Notes under the pieces: generated by a model
The model's input: only the letters and a program-made list of their open reading frames with translations
The model's database searches: none
What the model was told of the DNA's origin: nothing
Assembly: GCA_021787535.1 (NCBI GenBank)
Contig: JAJYLR010000001.1
Coordinates: forward strand, 19,648-83,647
Length of the DNA: 64,000 bases
Direction of reading: 5' to 3'
Source: a bacterium
Lineage (GTDB): Bacteria > Patescibacteriota > CPR2 > UBA1875 > JAJYID01
Position numbers and translations under genes: made by a program
Shown here: positions 20,031-29,374 of the stretch, one piece after another
Layout of the letters: each line of letters opens with the position of its first letter
How positions within the stretch are numbered: position 1 is the stretch's first letter

Positions 20031-20246
20031 ATGCTAAACATTCCCAGAAAAGGATGCAGATTTTGTATTGATAAGGATTTAAAAATTGATTATAAAGACC
20101 CAAAAGGACTGCAGAAATTCATCTCAAGTTATGGGAGAATAGAGTCTAGGAAAAGAACTGGCAACTGCGTAAAGCATCAGAGAAAAGTGGCTTTGGCGGT
20201 TAAACGCGCTAGAATTTTGGCACTTTTACCTTATGTGAATAAATAA
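20031..20246 (+). CDS. rpsR: 30S ribosomal protein S18 (zinc-binding type)
   Basis: CRFC, IDYKD, TGNCVKHQR and KRARILALLPY. Confidence 0.96.
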   Translation: MLNIPRKGCRFCIDKDLKIDYKDPKGLQKFISSYGRIESRKRTGNCVKHQRKVALAVKRARILALLPYVNK

Positions 20247-20255
20247 CCTTTTCCT

Positions 20256-20321
20256 GTCATTCCCGCGGAGGCGGGAATCTATATAATAAAAATTCTGGAT
20301 TCCCGCCTCCGCGGGAATGAC
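20256..20321. repeat. GTCAT-family inverted doublet (REPIN-like)
   Basis: GTCATTCCCGCGGAGGCGGGAATC-spacer-GATTCCCGCCTCCGCGGGAATGAC. Confidence 0.9.
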
Positions 20322-20330
20322 AATAATGAT

Positions 20331-20891
20331 ATGTACGGAATAACTGATCTCAAAGTAGGCACGGTTTTTGAATTTGACAGCGATCCATATGTAGTGCTCG
20401 AATCTCAGCACTCGAAAATGGGCCGCGGCGGTGCAGTCTTGAAATCAAAAATCAAGAACTTGGCGAACGGCGTTATTGTCTCCAAGACCTTTCGCGGCGG
20501 CGAGAAATTTAATCCTGTTAATATCAGCCGCAAGAAAGCTCAGTTTTTGTACTATGAAGGTAAAAAATATTTCTTTATGGATCAGGAAAACTATGAGCAG
20601 CTTTCTCTCGATAAAGATTTTATAGGCAATACTTCGGCATATTTGTTAGAAGGTGAGGTCTATCAGTTACAGCTTTTTGAAGGTCAAGCCATTGCCATTG
20701 ACCTGCCTATCAAAATGGATTTTCTAGTAACAGAGGCCGAGAAAGGATTAAAAGGCGATACAGCTTCCAAAACCACTAAACCGGTTATTATTGAGACAGG
20801 GCTCAAAGTTAATGTGCCTCTTTTTATCAATCAAGGCGACAGAATTATCGTAGATACCAGAGACGGGTCTTATGTAGAAAGGGCAAAATAA
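20331..20891 (+). CDS. efp: Elongation factor P (Arg-loop type)
   Basis: KMGRGGA, KGDTA, ETG..V.VPLFI and YVERA motifs. Confidence 0.97.
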   Translation: MYGITDLKVGTVFEFDSDPYVVLESQHSKMGRGGAVLKSKIKNLANGVIVSKTFRGGEKFNPVNISRKKAQFLYYEGKKYFFMDQENYEQLSLDKDFIGNTSAYLLEGEVYQLQLFEGQAIAIDLPIKMDFLVTEAEKGLKGDTASKTTKPVIIETGLKVNVPLFINQGDRIIVDTRDGSYVERAK

Positions 20892-20937
20892 TCTTTGTTA
20901 TTCTATATCGAAGACAGTCATCCCTTTTTAAGAAATA

Positions 20938-21112
20938 TTTTCTACTTTTTTAGAAAAAGTAGAACAAAAATCCCCGACTAGCACTACAAAATAGATAAAA
21001 CTAATAAAAATTTATCACTCAAAACAGTAATCGCTTTCGCTAAATCCTGCTTTTGTCCTTCGGAACGTTCTAAATTTTTAAGTTTTATTGGCTATTTCTC
21101 CGTGATGTCGGG
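20938..21112. repeat. Structured intergenic element, copy B
   Basis: TCTACTTTTTTAGAAAAAGTAGA hairpin, CAAAAAT, long stem closed by CCCGAC...GTCGGG. Confidence 0.5.
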
Positions 21113-21136
21113 CAAAATTTCAAATATAATAAAATC

Positions 21137-21952
21137 ATGAAAAAGCGAATTGATATTTTATTGGTTGACAAAGGATTTGCTGGAACCAGAACTAAAGCCC
21201 AAGCTATGCTCATGTCGGGCTCTGTATTTATCGGTGGGCAAAGAGTTGACAAAGTCGGGACTTTGGTTGAAGAAACTGCCGAGGTTGAAATTAGAGAAAA
21301 GTTTCCTTACGTCTCTCGCGGGGCGCTAAAAATAGAAAAAGCTTACGAAGAATTTGATTTGAATTTTCAAGATAAGGTTATTTGTGATATAGGTTCGTCA
21401 ACCGGGGGATTTACCGACTTTGCCTTGCAGCACGGGGCTAAGAAGGTTTTTGCCGTCGATGTCGGATACGGCCAGCTGGACCGGAAACTTCGTGAAGATT
21501 CCCGGGTGGTTGTAATGGAGAAGACCAATTTCCGTGACATCGAATCCCGGGACGATTTTTCTAAACGCGTCATTCTGACTTGTCCAGGATCAAAAAATCA
21601 TGTGAAAAATGCAGATTCCGGTCAAGCCAGAATGACGATTGAAAAAATCGATTATTTCGTCTGCGATGTCTCATTTATTTCCTTAAAGAAGATTATTCCG
21701 CAGATTAAAAAAATCGCCGATTATTCCACTGAGTGCATTTTACTCATAAAGCCACAGTTCGAAGTTGGCAAGGAAATCGCCGACAAAACAAAAGGAGTTA
21801 TTAGAGACGAAGAAATCCAAAGAGCGGTTGTTGAGGATATCGCGAAATTTGCGGAGAGTTCAGGATTTAGAGTGCAAGGAATTACAGATTCACCGATAAC
21901 CGGCGCGAAGGGCAATAAGGAATTTTTATTGTGGTTGGCATTTAATCGATAA
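21137..21952 (+). CDS. tlyA: TlyA family rRNA 2'-O-methyltransferase carrying an in-frame repeat insertion
   Basis: S4 domain, YVSRG, DIGSSTGGFT, DVSFISL, KPQFE and GN.EFL motifs. Confidence 0.95.
   Translation: MKKRIDILLVDKGFAGTRTKAQAMLMSGSVFIGGQRVDKVGTLVEETAEVEIREKFPYVSRGALKIEKAYEEFDLNFQDKVICDIGSSTGGFTDFALQHGAKKVFAVDVGYGQLDRKLREDSRVVVMEKTNFRDIESRDDFSKRVILTCPGSKNHVKNADSGQARMTIEKIDYFVCDVSFISLKKIIPQIKKIADYSTECILLIKPQFEVGKEIADKTKGVIRDEEIQRAVVEDIAKFAESSGFRVQGITDSPITGAKGNKEFLLWLAFNR
21568..21637. repeat. GTCAT-family doublet inside tlyA
   Basis: CGTCATTCTGACTTGTCCAGGATC...GATTCCGGTCAAGCCAGAATGACG, read as VILTCPGS...DSGQARMT. Confidence 0.85.
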
Positions 21953-22388
21953 AATCAGGTATTGATTCGATGATATTATTATTCCTAATTTCTATGATTA
22001 GTTTCTTTTTGGGAGCTATTTTTATGCCATGGGTGTTTTTAACATCAAATTTAGAAATTATTTCACCGCTCAGCTTAGCCGAGATTTCTTTAAGATCAGA
22101 TGTGCTATATGCGATATGTTCAACAAATGTCTTTTTAATCAACTCATTTGGGTTTGGCTCTGAAATTTCGAGTAAAAAATCTTCTAGCGCGCCGGTCAAG
22201 ATATGCTTATCGTGAAAAAAGACTTCATTATAAATCTTTCCTCTTGTCTCAACCTCTTCTTTTAGCTTTCGGTAATCTGATTTTGTTGCTTTAATTCCAT
22301 AATGGTCAAATTGTATGCTGAAACCAACTTTTTCCATATATTCGTCAGCCAACTTCTTTTTCTCTAGCAGTAAGCTTTCTCTAATCAT
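21942..22388 (-). CDS. Hypothetical protein, possibly VOC/YecM-like
   Basis: Paired FDHYG and VEHIAY beta-alpha motifs. Confidence 0.45.
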   Translation of the reverse strand: MIRESLLLEKKKLADEYMEKVGFSIQFDHYGIKATKSDYRKLKEEVETRGKIYNEVFFHDKHILTGALEDFLLEISEPNPNELIKKTFVEHIAYSTSDLKEISAKLSGEIISKFDVKNTHGIKIAPKKKLIIEIRNNNIIESIPDFID

Positions 22389-22397
22389 AGGTGTTCC

Positions 22398-22481
22398 TTA
22401 AACATTAAACTTCAAGACCATGGCGCCGCCGTCTTTCACAACATAATCTTTTCCTTCGAGGCGGACTTTGCCGGCCGCTTT
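22398..22481 (-). repeat. Direct duplicate of the last 84 bp of ychF (23194-23277)
   Basis: Encodes [27 protein letters not shown] versus ych[28 protein letters not shown]. Confidence 0.9.
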
Positions 22482-22498
22482 AATGTCTTTCTTTACAA

Positions 22499-23089
22499 TT
22501 AATCCTGAGACACTCCAGAGATTTCTTGCGCTTTCTTAATAATAAACCGGAGGAAGGCGATAAAGAGTGCAAAAAGACCGCCTTTTTCTTTGCTTTCTAT
22601 TTGTTTTTTGACTGCCTCGGGGCTGCCGTTTGCCATGAACTGAATAAGTTCGGCCATAGCTTCATTTTGAGCTATTTGGGATTCGATTAATGCGAGAATC
22701 TCTTCACGCTGGTTTGCGGCGATGTTATCAAAATTTTCCTGAAGTTGCGCGTCGATTTTCCCTAGCATTTCGCTAAATCCTTCAGATGTTAATTCTGTAC
22801 TTTCAATTGCTTCCGTGGGCTCATCAGTGTCATCAGTTTCTATTCCCAGCTGCTGACGCAGTTTATTTATTTCGGCTAATTCTTCCGGTGGGGATTCTGC
22901 CTCGGCTCGCTGTTCTTGGTCTGTCTGCCCCTCTTTTGTTGTCTCAGTTAATTCTTCCGGCGAAAGTTCTTGTAAATTATCAGGTTTATCTACTGTACCT
23001 TCGGGGCCTTCCGATACTGTTTCACTTAGTTCTGGTTGAGGTTGTGCCATTTCCCCGGAGTCAGGAAACTGTGGTATTTCTTCATTCAT
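22499..23089 (-). CDS. Acidic hypothetical protein with C-terminal hydrophobic helix
   Basis: 196-aa Glu-rich ORF with AAGGA RBS, lying between the ychF direct repeats. Confidence 0.7.
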   Translation of the reverse strand: MNEEIPQFPDSGEMAQPQPELSETVSEGPEGTVDKPDNLQELSPEELTETTKEGQTDQEQRAEAESPPEELAEINKLRQQLGIETDDTDEPTEAIESTELTSEGFSEMLGKIDAQLQENFDNIAANQREEILALIESQIAQNEAMAELIQFMANGSPEAVKKQIESKEKGGLFALFIAFLRFIIKKAQEISGVSQD

Positions 23090-23193
23090 GCTGCCATTCC
23101 TTTTTTATTTGAACTTATAATACACCCTATAAATATCTTAACACAAGTCCCAGATTCTCTAGAATTCATTGCCAATAGCGGATTTTTTCTCTA

Positions 23194-24348
23194 TCATACA
23201 TTAAACTTAAAAATCATCACATCGCCGTCTTTCACAACATAATCTTTCCCTTCGAGGCGGACTTTGCCGGCCGCTTTGGCGCCTGACCATCCTTTATTTT
23301 CTACCAAATCTTTCCAATCCACAGTCTCGGCTTTGATGAAGCCCTTTTCAAAATCGGTATGAATGATGCCGGCGGCTTGAGGCGCCTTATCCCCTTTGTG
23401 AATTGTCCATGCTTTAATCTCTTTCTCTCCTGCTGTAAAGTAAGTTTTGAGTCCGAGCAGATCATATCCTTTCTTGATTAACCGATTTAATCCCGTCTCG
23501 GATTGTCCGAGCTCTGCCAAATATTCTTTCTTTTCTTCTTCGGAAAGCTCATTGAGCTCAGACTCGATTTTTGCCGAAATAATAACATAATCTTTCTCCG
23601 TCATTCTGGCTTGACCAGAATCTGTCATTTTTGAATTTTTTTCATTAGGATTTGATTGGAAATTGCCTGCTTGCCTGCGAGGCAGGGAAATTGGAAATTG
23701 AAAATTCTTTGTGAGGTGTTCTTCATCGACATTAAATATGTAAATATGAGGTTTCAAGGTAAGCAAGTTTAGATCCTTAATATGCCCGATTTCTTTTTCT
23801 GTGAGACCCAGTTCGCGAGCAGTTTTTCCTTTCTCGAGTTCGGTCTGAATTTTTTGGACTAAAGCTAAGGTTTCCTTAAGTTTTGGATCACCTTTTATAT
23901 CTTTCGTTAATTTTGCAGTCCTTTTCCCTGCCGTTTCGAGATCGGCCAGGATAAGCTCCATCTTGATGGTCTCCATGTCGGATGTCGGGTTTATTTCTCC
24001 GGTGACGTGGGTAATATTGGCGTCGGTAAATACGCGCACCACCTCGGCGATGGCGTCGCACTGCCGGATATTGGCCAGGAATTTATTGCCGAGCCCTTCC
24101 CCTTCCGCCGCTCCTTTGACTATCCCGGCAATATCTACGAACTCCACGATGGCCGGAACGATTTTTTGGGTCGGAATGACCCCAGCCATTTTCGTGAGCC
24201 GCTCATCCGGCACCTCGACGATTCCAACATTGGGATCAATGGTGCAAAACGGGTAATTCGAAGCTTCAGCTTTATTCTGCGTCAAAGCGTTAAAAAGCGT
24301 GCTTTTGCCAACGTTTGGCAGTCCGACTATTCCGATAGATAAACCCAT
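23194..24348 (-). CDS. ychF: Obg-family ATPase YchF with in-frame repeat insertion (start reassigned to MGLSIG)
   Basis: [23 protein letters not shown] and [13 protein letters not shown] motifs. Confidence 0.97.
   Translation of the reverse strand: MGLSIGIVGLPNVGKSTLFNALTQNKAEASNYPFCTIDPNVGIVEVPDERLTKMAGVIPTQKIVPAIVEFVDIAGIVKGAAEGEGLGNKFLANIRQCDAIAEVVRVFTDANITHVTGEINPTSDMETIKMELILADLETAGKRTAKLTKDIKGDPKLKETLALVQKIQTELEKGKTARELGLTEKEIGHIKDLNLLTLKPHIYIFNVDEEHLTKNFQFPISLPRRQAGNFQSNPNEKNSKMTDSGQARMTEKDYVIISAKIESELNELSEEEKKEYLAELGQSETGLNRLIKKGYDLLGLKTYFTAGEKEIKAWTIHKGDKAPQAAGIIHTDFEKGFIKAETVDWKDLVENKGWSGAKAAGKVRLEGKDYVVKDGDVMIFKFNV
23599..23706 (-). repeat. Composite repeat insertion inside ychF
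   Basis: CAATTTC heptads plus CCTGCC..GCAGG palindrome plus GATTCTGGTCAAGCCAGAATGACG, read as [36 protein letters not shown]. Confidence 0.8.
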
Positions 24349-24546
24349 GAATTCCTTAATTAGTTTACCAATTTTATCATAAATTCTCGTCTTTTTTAAG
24401 CAAAAACCTTTGCCAAAGTCATTATGTTGGTATATAATGGTTTCGCAAGGATACCTTTTGTAGGCGTTCTTTTTTAACTCAATCTTTCTTTCCATCCTTA
24501 ATTTACGGATGTCAGTTTTGGCAAATGAAACCACTAGGAGTCGAAG

Positions 24547-25281
24547 ATGAAGAAACGGATTTTGACAGGAGTACTGTGTGTGATGTTGGCGACGATTATG
24601 ATTGCTGTTTTAGCAAACAATGCAAGCGCCGGCGGCGGTCCGATGCAGGGATGCTATATCTCTACGTGGCCGCCCGTGCTTCAGGGGAATCCGGGCGACA
24701 CCATAGCATTCGAAGCTTATGTGGGGGCGTGTCCGGCAACACTCACGATCAACTGGAGCGATACTGATCCTGCTAACGACGAAACAATCCAGCTTAACCA
24801 AACAAACGGTGTTTACTGGGAGACACTGGACGTTCCATCCGGGATTACAAATGATACAGTTTACCAGTTAAGCGCCACAGCTTCTCAGTATGGTCTGCCG
24901 TCATATCAGACTACGATTCCAGTAGCGGTTGGCAATCCGCCAGTTTATTCCCTTGAGCTGTCTTTGTCACTTGATAGAGCATACTGGGGCAGTTACGCGG
25001 CATATCAGAATAGAACGCTATCGATAGATTACTCGATTGCTAACGTCGGATCGAACGACGCATATGAAGTCAGTCTAACGACTGATGCGACAAACGGCGT
25101 TGTTCCGTTGACGCCTTCCTGGATGCTTACGGATAAAATAGAAGCCGGCAAAAGCTATGCTTTCACCATGGATTTCACCGTTCCCGAAGGCGTAACTTTC
25201 TTCCGCAGCATGCATGCTGCTACAGCGGAAGATGCGGGAGCTAACTGGCACAGTTTCGGCAGCTTGCCGCCGGGATCATAA
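24547..25281 (+). CDS. Secreted beta-rich hypothetical protein
   Basis: Signal peptide (MKKRIL...ASA), AGGAG RBS. Confidence 0.75.
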   Translation: MKKRILTGVLCVMLATIMIAVLANNASAGGGPMQGCYISTWPPVLQGNPGDTIAFEAYVGACPATLTINWSDTDPANDETIQLNQTNGVYWETLDVPSGITNDTVYQLSATASQYGLPSYQTTIPVAVGNPPVYSLELSLSLDRAYWGSYAAYQNRTLSIDYSIANVGSNDAYEVSLTTDATNGVVPLTPSWMLTDKIEAGKSYAFTMDFTVPEGVTFFRSMHAATAEDAGANWHSFGSLPPGS

Positions 25282-25307
25282 ATAGATTGTGAAAGAAGAG
25301 TAGAATC

Positions 25308-25329
25308 AGGGCTCCTTACAAGGAGCCCT
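25308..25329 (+). terminator. Hairpin after secreted protein gene
   Basis: AGGGCTCCT-taca-AGGAGCCCT. Confidence 0.55.
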
Positions 25330-25400
25330 TAATCTTAATAACAATAATAAAGAACTTCTATACTTTTAATTTAATTTAAAAGTAACCCCTTATACCTCTT

Positions 25401-25496
25401 GTCATTCCGAGCGACTCTCCGCACTTAAATTCTTAAGTGCGGGGTAAGCCGAGGAATCTTTTGCCGTGACTGGATTCCCGCCTTCGCGGGAATGAC
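25401..25496. repeat. GTCAT-family doublet with nested palindrome
   Basis: GTCATTCCGAGCG[CCGCACTTAA-ATTC-TTAAGTGCGG]..CGAGGAATC...GATTCCCGCCTTCGCGGGAATGAC. Confidence 0.8.
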
Positions 25497-25669
25497 AGCG
25501 TGAGAGATTGAAAACCTTGTAATAAATATGTTTATGTTATATAATATCTGCTATGGAGGGATCCCTAAGCATTAGGGTGTTCCTTTTAAATTTCTTTATT
25601 CTGAGAAGCCGGCTTAATGCTTCTTTGGGGTTATAAATCTTCTTCATTTAAATCAGAGAAAGGAGAATC

Positions 25670-26404
25670 ATGAGGAAGATAAGAAAACATCAGATGTGGG
25701 GAATCGGAATGCTGATCGCGGCGATCATTCTCGCAATCAGCATTGGCAGCGGTTTAGCGGTCGCCGCCAAAGGGGGACCGACAGCCGCAACCGTGGCTTA
25801 CGGTAGTTCGGGAACGACCACGACTGCCACAGGAGGTTCGGGGATATCTACAAGCGGCAGCGGTTCGGGTACCTCAACCGGTGGCAGTAGTACAGGGTCG
25901 TGCGGAGTGGTCACATTTACTACTCCGACGACGATGACGGTTGCGCCGGGAGCAAAAGTAACCATTTCCGGAAGCTATAACGGAAATCCTCCATTGCTCA
26001 ATATGGAATCCTCAAACTGGCCTCCGTACACTTCAGGTTCTTCGGTGAATCCGGTCGATCCATTCAGCGTTACGCTGACGGCGCCAACAACCCCAGGAAG
26101 TTACGAGATACACTTCTGGGGAGGGTCATCGTATGGCAGTACCTGTACTCACTATCAGGTCAATGTGACTGTGCAGAATCAGACGCCTACTACGCTGGTG
26201 ACAAATCCTGGAAACTCTGGCAATAACAGCGGTTCTAACCAGCAACCGGCACCCGTTACTCCATCAAGCCAGCCAGTGCAATCCGCACCTACAGCGGCAA
26301 AAATGCCGGTAACTGGTGTGGACCCCGCGATTCCTCTTGCAGGATTGGGGCTTTCCGGTTTGGGGATGGGAACTTTCGTGTCGCGGTTGCGCAAGCGTAA
26401 ATAA
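25670..26404 (+). CDS. Ser/Thr/Gly-rich surface protein with LPXTG-like sorting signal
   Basis: Signal peptide; C-terminal MPVTG, hydrophobic stretch and RLRKRK. Confidence 0.75.
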   Translation: MRKIRKHQMWGIGMLIAAIILAISIGSGLAVAAKGGPTAATVAYGSSGTTTTATGGSGISTSGSGSGTSTGGSSTGSCGVVTFTTPTTMTVAPGAKVTISGSYNGNPPLLNMESSNWPPYTSGSSVNPVDPFSVTLTAPTTPGSYEIHFWGGSSYGSTCTHYQVNVTVQNQTPTTLVTNPGNSGNNSGSNQQPAPVTPSSQPVQSAPTAAKMPVTGVDPAIPLAGLGLSGLGMGTFVSRLRKRK

Positions 26405-26431
26405 CATAGTTGCGTTTAGCGTTAAAGCGCC

Positions 26432-26463
26432 AAAGGGCGTAGAGACTAGTCTCTACGCCCTTT
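26432..26463 (+). terminator. Perfect palindrome / terminator
   Basis: AAAGGGCGTAGAGACTAGTCTCTACGCCCTTT. Confidence 0.6.
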
Positions 26464-26528
26464 AAACTTTTGAGTTCAGCAACTTTGGTCTAATGAGTGA
26501 TTTGTTGCTAATCATTTTAATAAACAAA

Positions 26529-26657
26529 GAGACCGTCAAAACTAGTTTAATTTGTCATTCTGGCGACGACAGGAGGCCAGAATCTCATGGTTTTAAACAC
26601 AATAATTGATTCTGGGCAAGCCAGAATGACATCCCAAAAATGATTTTCAACAGTCTC
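26529..26657. repeat. GTCAT doublet (26554-26630) inside imperfect terminal inverted repeats (MITE-like)
   Basis: GAGACCGTCAAAA...GTCATTCTGGC..GCCAGAATC...GATTCTGGGCAAGCCAGAATGAC...TTTTCAACAGTCTC. Confidence 0.7.
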
Positions 26658-26727
26658 AAAGAAAAAACTTGACATGAGTTATGCTGGTAGTGTTATACTT
26701 ATGTTATCTATTATTTTTCGGGGGGTT

Positions 26728-27840
26728 ATGGCCGAAGTTTACAACGAAAATCAAGAAAAAAAAGCACTGAATAAAAAGACTGTTATTCTAATTGCAGCGG
26801 CTGTTTTAGCAGTCTTGGTTTTGGCAGTTGGAGGATTCTTCGGCTATCGCGCGTATAAAAAGACCAAAGTTGCTTCTGTTACGGATCCGAATGTAGTAGC
26901 TACAATTAACGGTGAAAACATATATCTTAAAGATTTCAAGGCGCGCCTTTTTGCAGCAGAGGGGGGGATAGGCACGCCTGTTCAACCTTTTATCGGCAAA
27001 TCCACAAAAGGTATCGAAGAATCGGTATTAAATGATTTAGTAGATTTGAAAATCATTGATAAACAGCTTGCCAAGGATAATATTGTTATTTCTGACTCTG
27101 AACTGGCAGCAGAAGCCAAAAAGATTTTTAAAGATTATGATCAGCGAGATGCCATTGCCCAGAAAGCTTACAGAGATTACGTAAGCTTGCAGGCAGGCAA
27201 AAATAAGTTAATCACAAATGACACAAGCTGGAAAGAAGGATATGTTCTATTCTGTCTTTTCAATCGTTCTCAAATGAGCGATAAAATTAGCCAGCCGAAT
27301 AATGCGCAAATGTTTGCCCAAGATAAAGATTATGCCAAGGATTATTGTACGAAAGCAGAGGATCGTTTAAAAGCCGGCCAATCGAGTTTTCAGGATGAGC
27401 TTGCTAAAGTGACGGCCGATCCTCGGCTTGGTGAATCTGCTTGGAAGCCGGAGGTTATGTCTTACGGGCTGGAAATCAATCAGGACACTCTTTTACACGA
27501 TCCTGCTCCTGAATATGACTTAAGGAATGTTCTTTTTTCACTGAGTAATGACAGTAATAAATTTTATCTTTTGACTCTCAAAGAACACGTATCAAAGACC
27601 AGCACTTTTAATGACGGCGGCGTTAAGCTGAGTGAGCCGACAGGTAATCAAAATACCACAGGCCGCGTGTCTCAAAAACCAAATTCTTCACAGCAAAGCC
27701 AAGGTGGTCAAGACATTTCTTATGCTGTAGCTTATGTTAAAGATGGACATACTGGCGAGATAAAGGACTTTAACGAATGGCTCAAAAATAAATACCAGGA
27801 ATATCATGTCAAGCTTTACATTGAAAGGGTGAGATTATGA
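26728..27840 (+). CDS. Membrane-anchored SurA N-terminal-like protein (start reassigned to MAEVY)
   Basis: TM anchor then VVATINGENI and VLNDLVD..II...LAKD.I.IS pattern. Confidence 0.6.
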   Translation: MAEVYNENQEKKALNKKTVILIAAAVLAVLVLAVGGFFGYRAYKKTKVASVTDPNVVATINGENIYLKDFKARLFAAEGGIGTPVQPFIGKSTKGIEESVLNDLVDLKIIDKQLAKDNIVISDSELAAEAKKIFKDYDQRDAIAQKAYRDYVSLQAGKNKLITNDTSWKEGYVLFCLFNRSQMSDKISQPNNAQMFAQDKDYAKDYCTKAEDRLKAGQSSFQDELAKVTADPRLGESAWKPEVMSYGLEINQDTLLHDPAPEYDLRNVLFSLSNDSNKFYLLTLKEHVSKTSTFNDGGVKLSEPTGNQNTTGRVSQKPNSSQQSQGGQDISYAVAYVKDGHTGEIKDFNEWLKNKYQEYHVKLYIERVRL

Positions 27841-29309
27841 AGAAGTTGCATATACTATTTCTGTTGCCGACTTTGTTTGTATTTTTCTTTTTGGCCCCTA
27901 AGGCCAAAGCAGATAGTCTAGGCGGTATTGTCGTTCATGCTCAAACCCCATCAGGCCAGCCAATATATGGCGCAAGTGTTGATGTTACTGTTGATGATAG
28001 AGCCAGGGGAACTACCTTTACGTATGGTGATCCCTTTGGAGGGTTTTACACATACAATGGAAGTATATATTTGCCTTGTGGTAATTTTGCTATGACACAA
28101 GAAAACACAGATGGATACAACTGGTGGTTAAATGGTGTTGATGGCAGTCATGGGGGAACAACTGATTTAAATGGGAATTTTCGGGCTACAGCTCCTTATA
28201 CTCCCCACCAAACAGGTATCTGGGGTGAGGTATGTTTTTGTAACTGGACCGGGTGGAATGCTTCAGGTGCGAATGTGGGATATAAAGTAACCGTTTCTTC
28301 CTGGGGTTATACGACAAGCGTTTTTAACTACTCTTTTCCAAATAATGCGGACACTTGGGTGACTGCTACTCTTTACCCTGTTCCGGAAGGTAATCATGAT
28401 GCTGCTAGCTGCACGCAAACAAGCGGATGGGCCCTTGGCGATATAACAAACCAGAACTATCATTCAGCGGTTCATCTCTATCAAACTCCTTCAGCGACTG
28501 AATGGGACCCGAATGGCGGGTATATTGGTGTTGTCACTGCCGATCAGTATCGCCAGGATTTAAAAAATATCGGTTTAACAGGGTATCAGGGCTTCACGGC
28601 CAGTGTCCCTGACTATGATTCTAATGGTCATCTTGTCAAAGACGGCGGTATCCATCAGATATGGGCTTATGCTTTTACTCCTGATGGACGGCCTTACAAA
28701 CTAGGCAGCACGCCAAAGACAATTAGCGGATGTACGCTACCGCCTACTCTAAACTTAAGCGCCAATCCCACAACTATTAATAATTCTTCAACTCCGCCTA
28801 ATTCAACTGCTCTGACTTGGAATGCTACAAATGCCAGTTCATGTTGGGCGTGGTCTTCTCCAAATCGTTCAAAATGGGGCGGTTCAGGCGGCTGGATGAG
28901 TACCAGTGGAACAGTTAATGATAATCCTACCTCTAATACAACCTACAATATGGAATGTTATGGTTCAGGCGGCAATGTTACGAAGTCGGTAACAATAAAT
29001 GTTGTCCAGCCGCCTACCTGCAGCATAAATGTTAACCCAAATCCTGTAACCCAGCTTTTCAATGCTGTTCTCGGATGGGGTACTAACGGCACATCTGCAA
29101 CCATCACGGGTACTGATGGGACTAATATATCTTGGACTCAAGGTCAGCCAACATCCCAAACGATTGATACAAGAGATGCAGGCGATAGAACTTACTCAAT
29201 GACGGCAAAGGGGCCGGGTGCCGGAGGTTCTACCATATCTTCGTCATGCTCTACTGACTTTACCGTCAATCCCAACACAAGCTCTACAGTTGGGCCCTCA
29301 GCACCTTAA
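27837..29309 (+). CDS. Secreted multi-domain beta-sandwich surface protein
   Basis: Signal peptide AKA; PPTLNLSANP..LTWNATNASSC and PPTCSINVNP Ig-like repeats. Confidence 0.7.
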   Translation: MKKLHILFLLPTLFVFFFLAPKAKADSLGGIVVHAQTPSGQPIYGASVDVTVDDRARGTTFTYGDPFGGFYTYNGSIYLPCGNFAMTQENTDGYNWWLNGVDGSHGGTTDLNGNFRATAPYTPHQTGIWGEVCFCNWTGWNASGANVGYKVTVSSWGYTTSVFNYSFPNNADTWVTATLYPVPEGNHDAASCTQTSGWALGDITNQNYHSAVHLYQTPSATEWDPNGGYIGVVTADQYRQDLKNIGLTGYQGFTASVPDYDSNGHLVKDGGIHQIWAYAFTPDGRPYKLGSTPKTISGCTLPPTLNLSANPTTINNSSTPPNSTALTWNATNASSCWAWSSPNRSKWGGSGGWMSTSGTVNDNPTSNTTYNMECYGSGGNVTKSVTINVVQPPTCSINVNPNPVTQLFNAVLGWGTNGTSATITGTDGTNISWTQGQPTSQTIDTRDAGDRTYSMTAKGPGAGGSTISSSCSTDFTVNPNTSSTVGPSAP

Positions 29310-29374
29310 GATTATTACTCTATTGACAGCAACTACCTGTCTGATATCATAGTAGTTAAGGTATTTTTCTTAGA

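Noticed and set aside
24349-24534. 62-aa N-terminal extension of YchF (and similar extensions of rpsF, rpsR, hup, rny)
   Set aside because: Family homology and RBS position point to downstream starts; the extensions overlap promoters or neighbours
26419-26430. GCGTTAAAGCGC shared with 46814-46825
   Set aside because: A 12-bp match with no flanking similarity; plausible by chance
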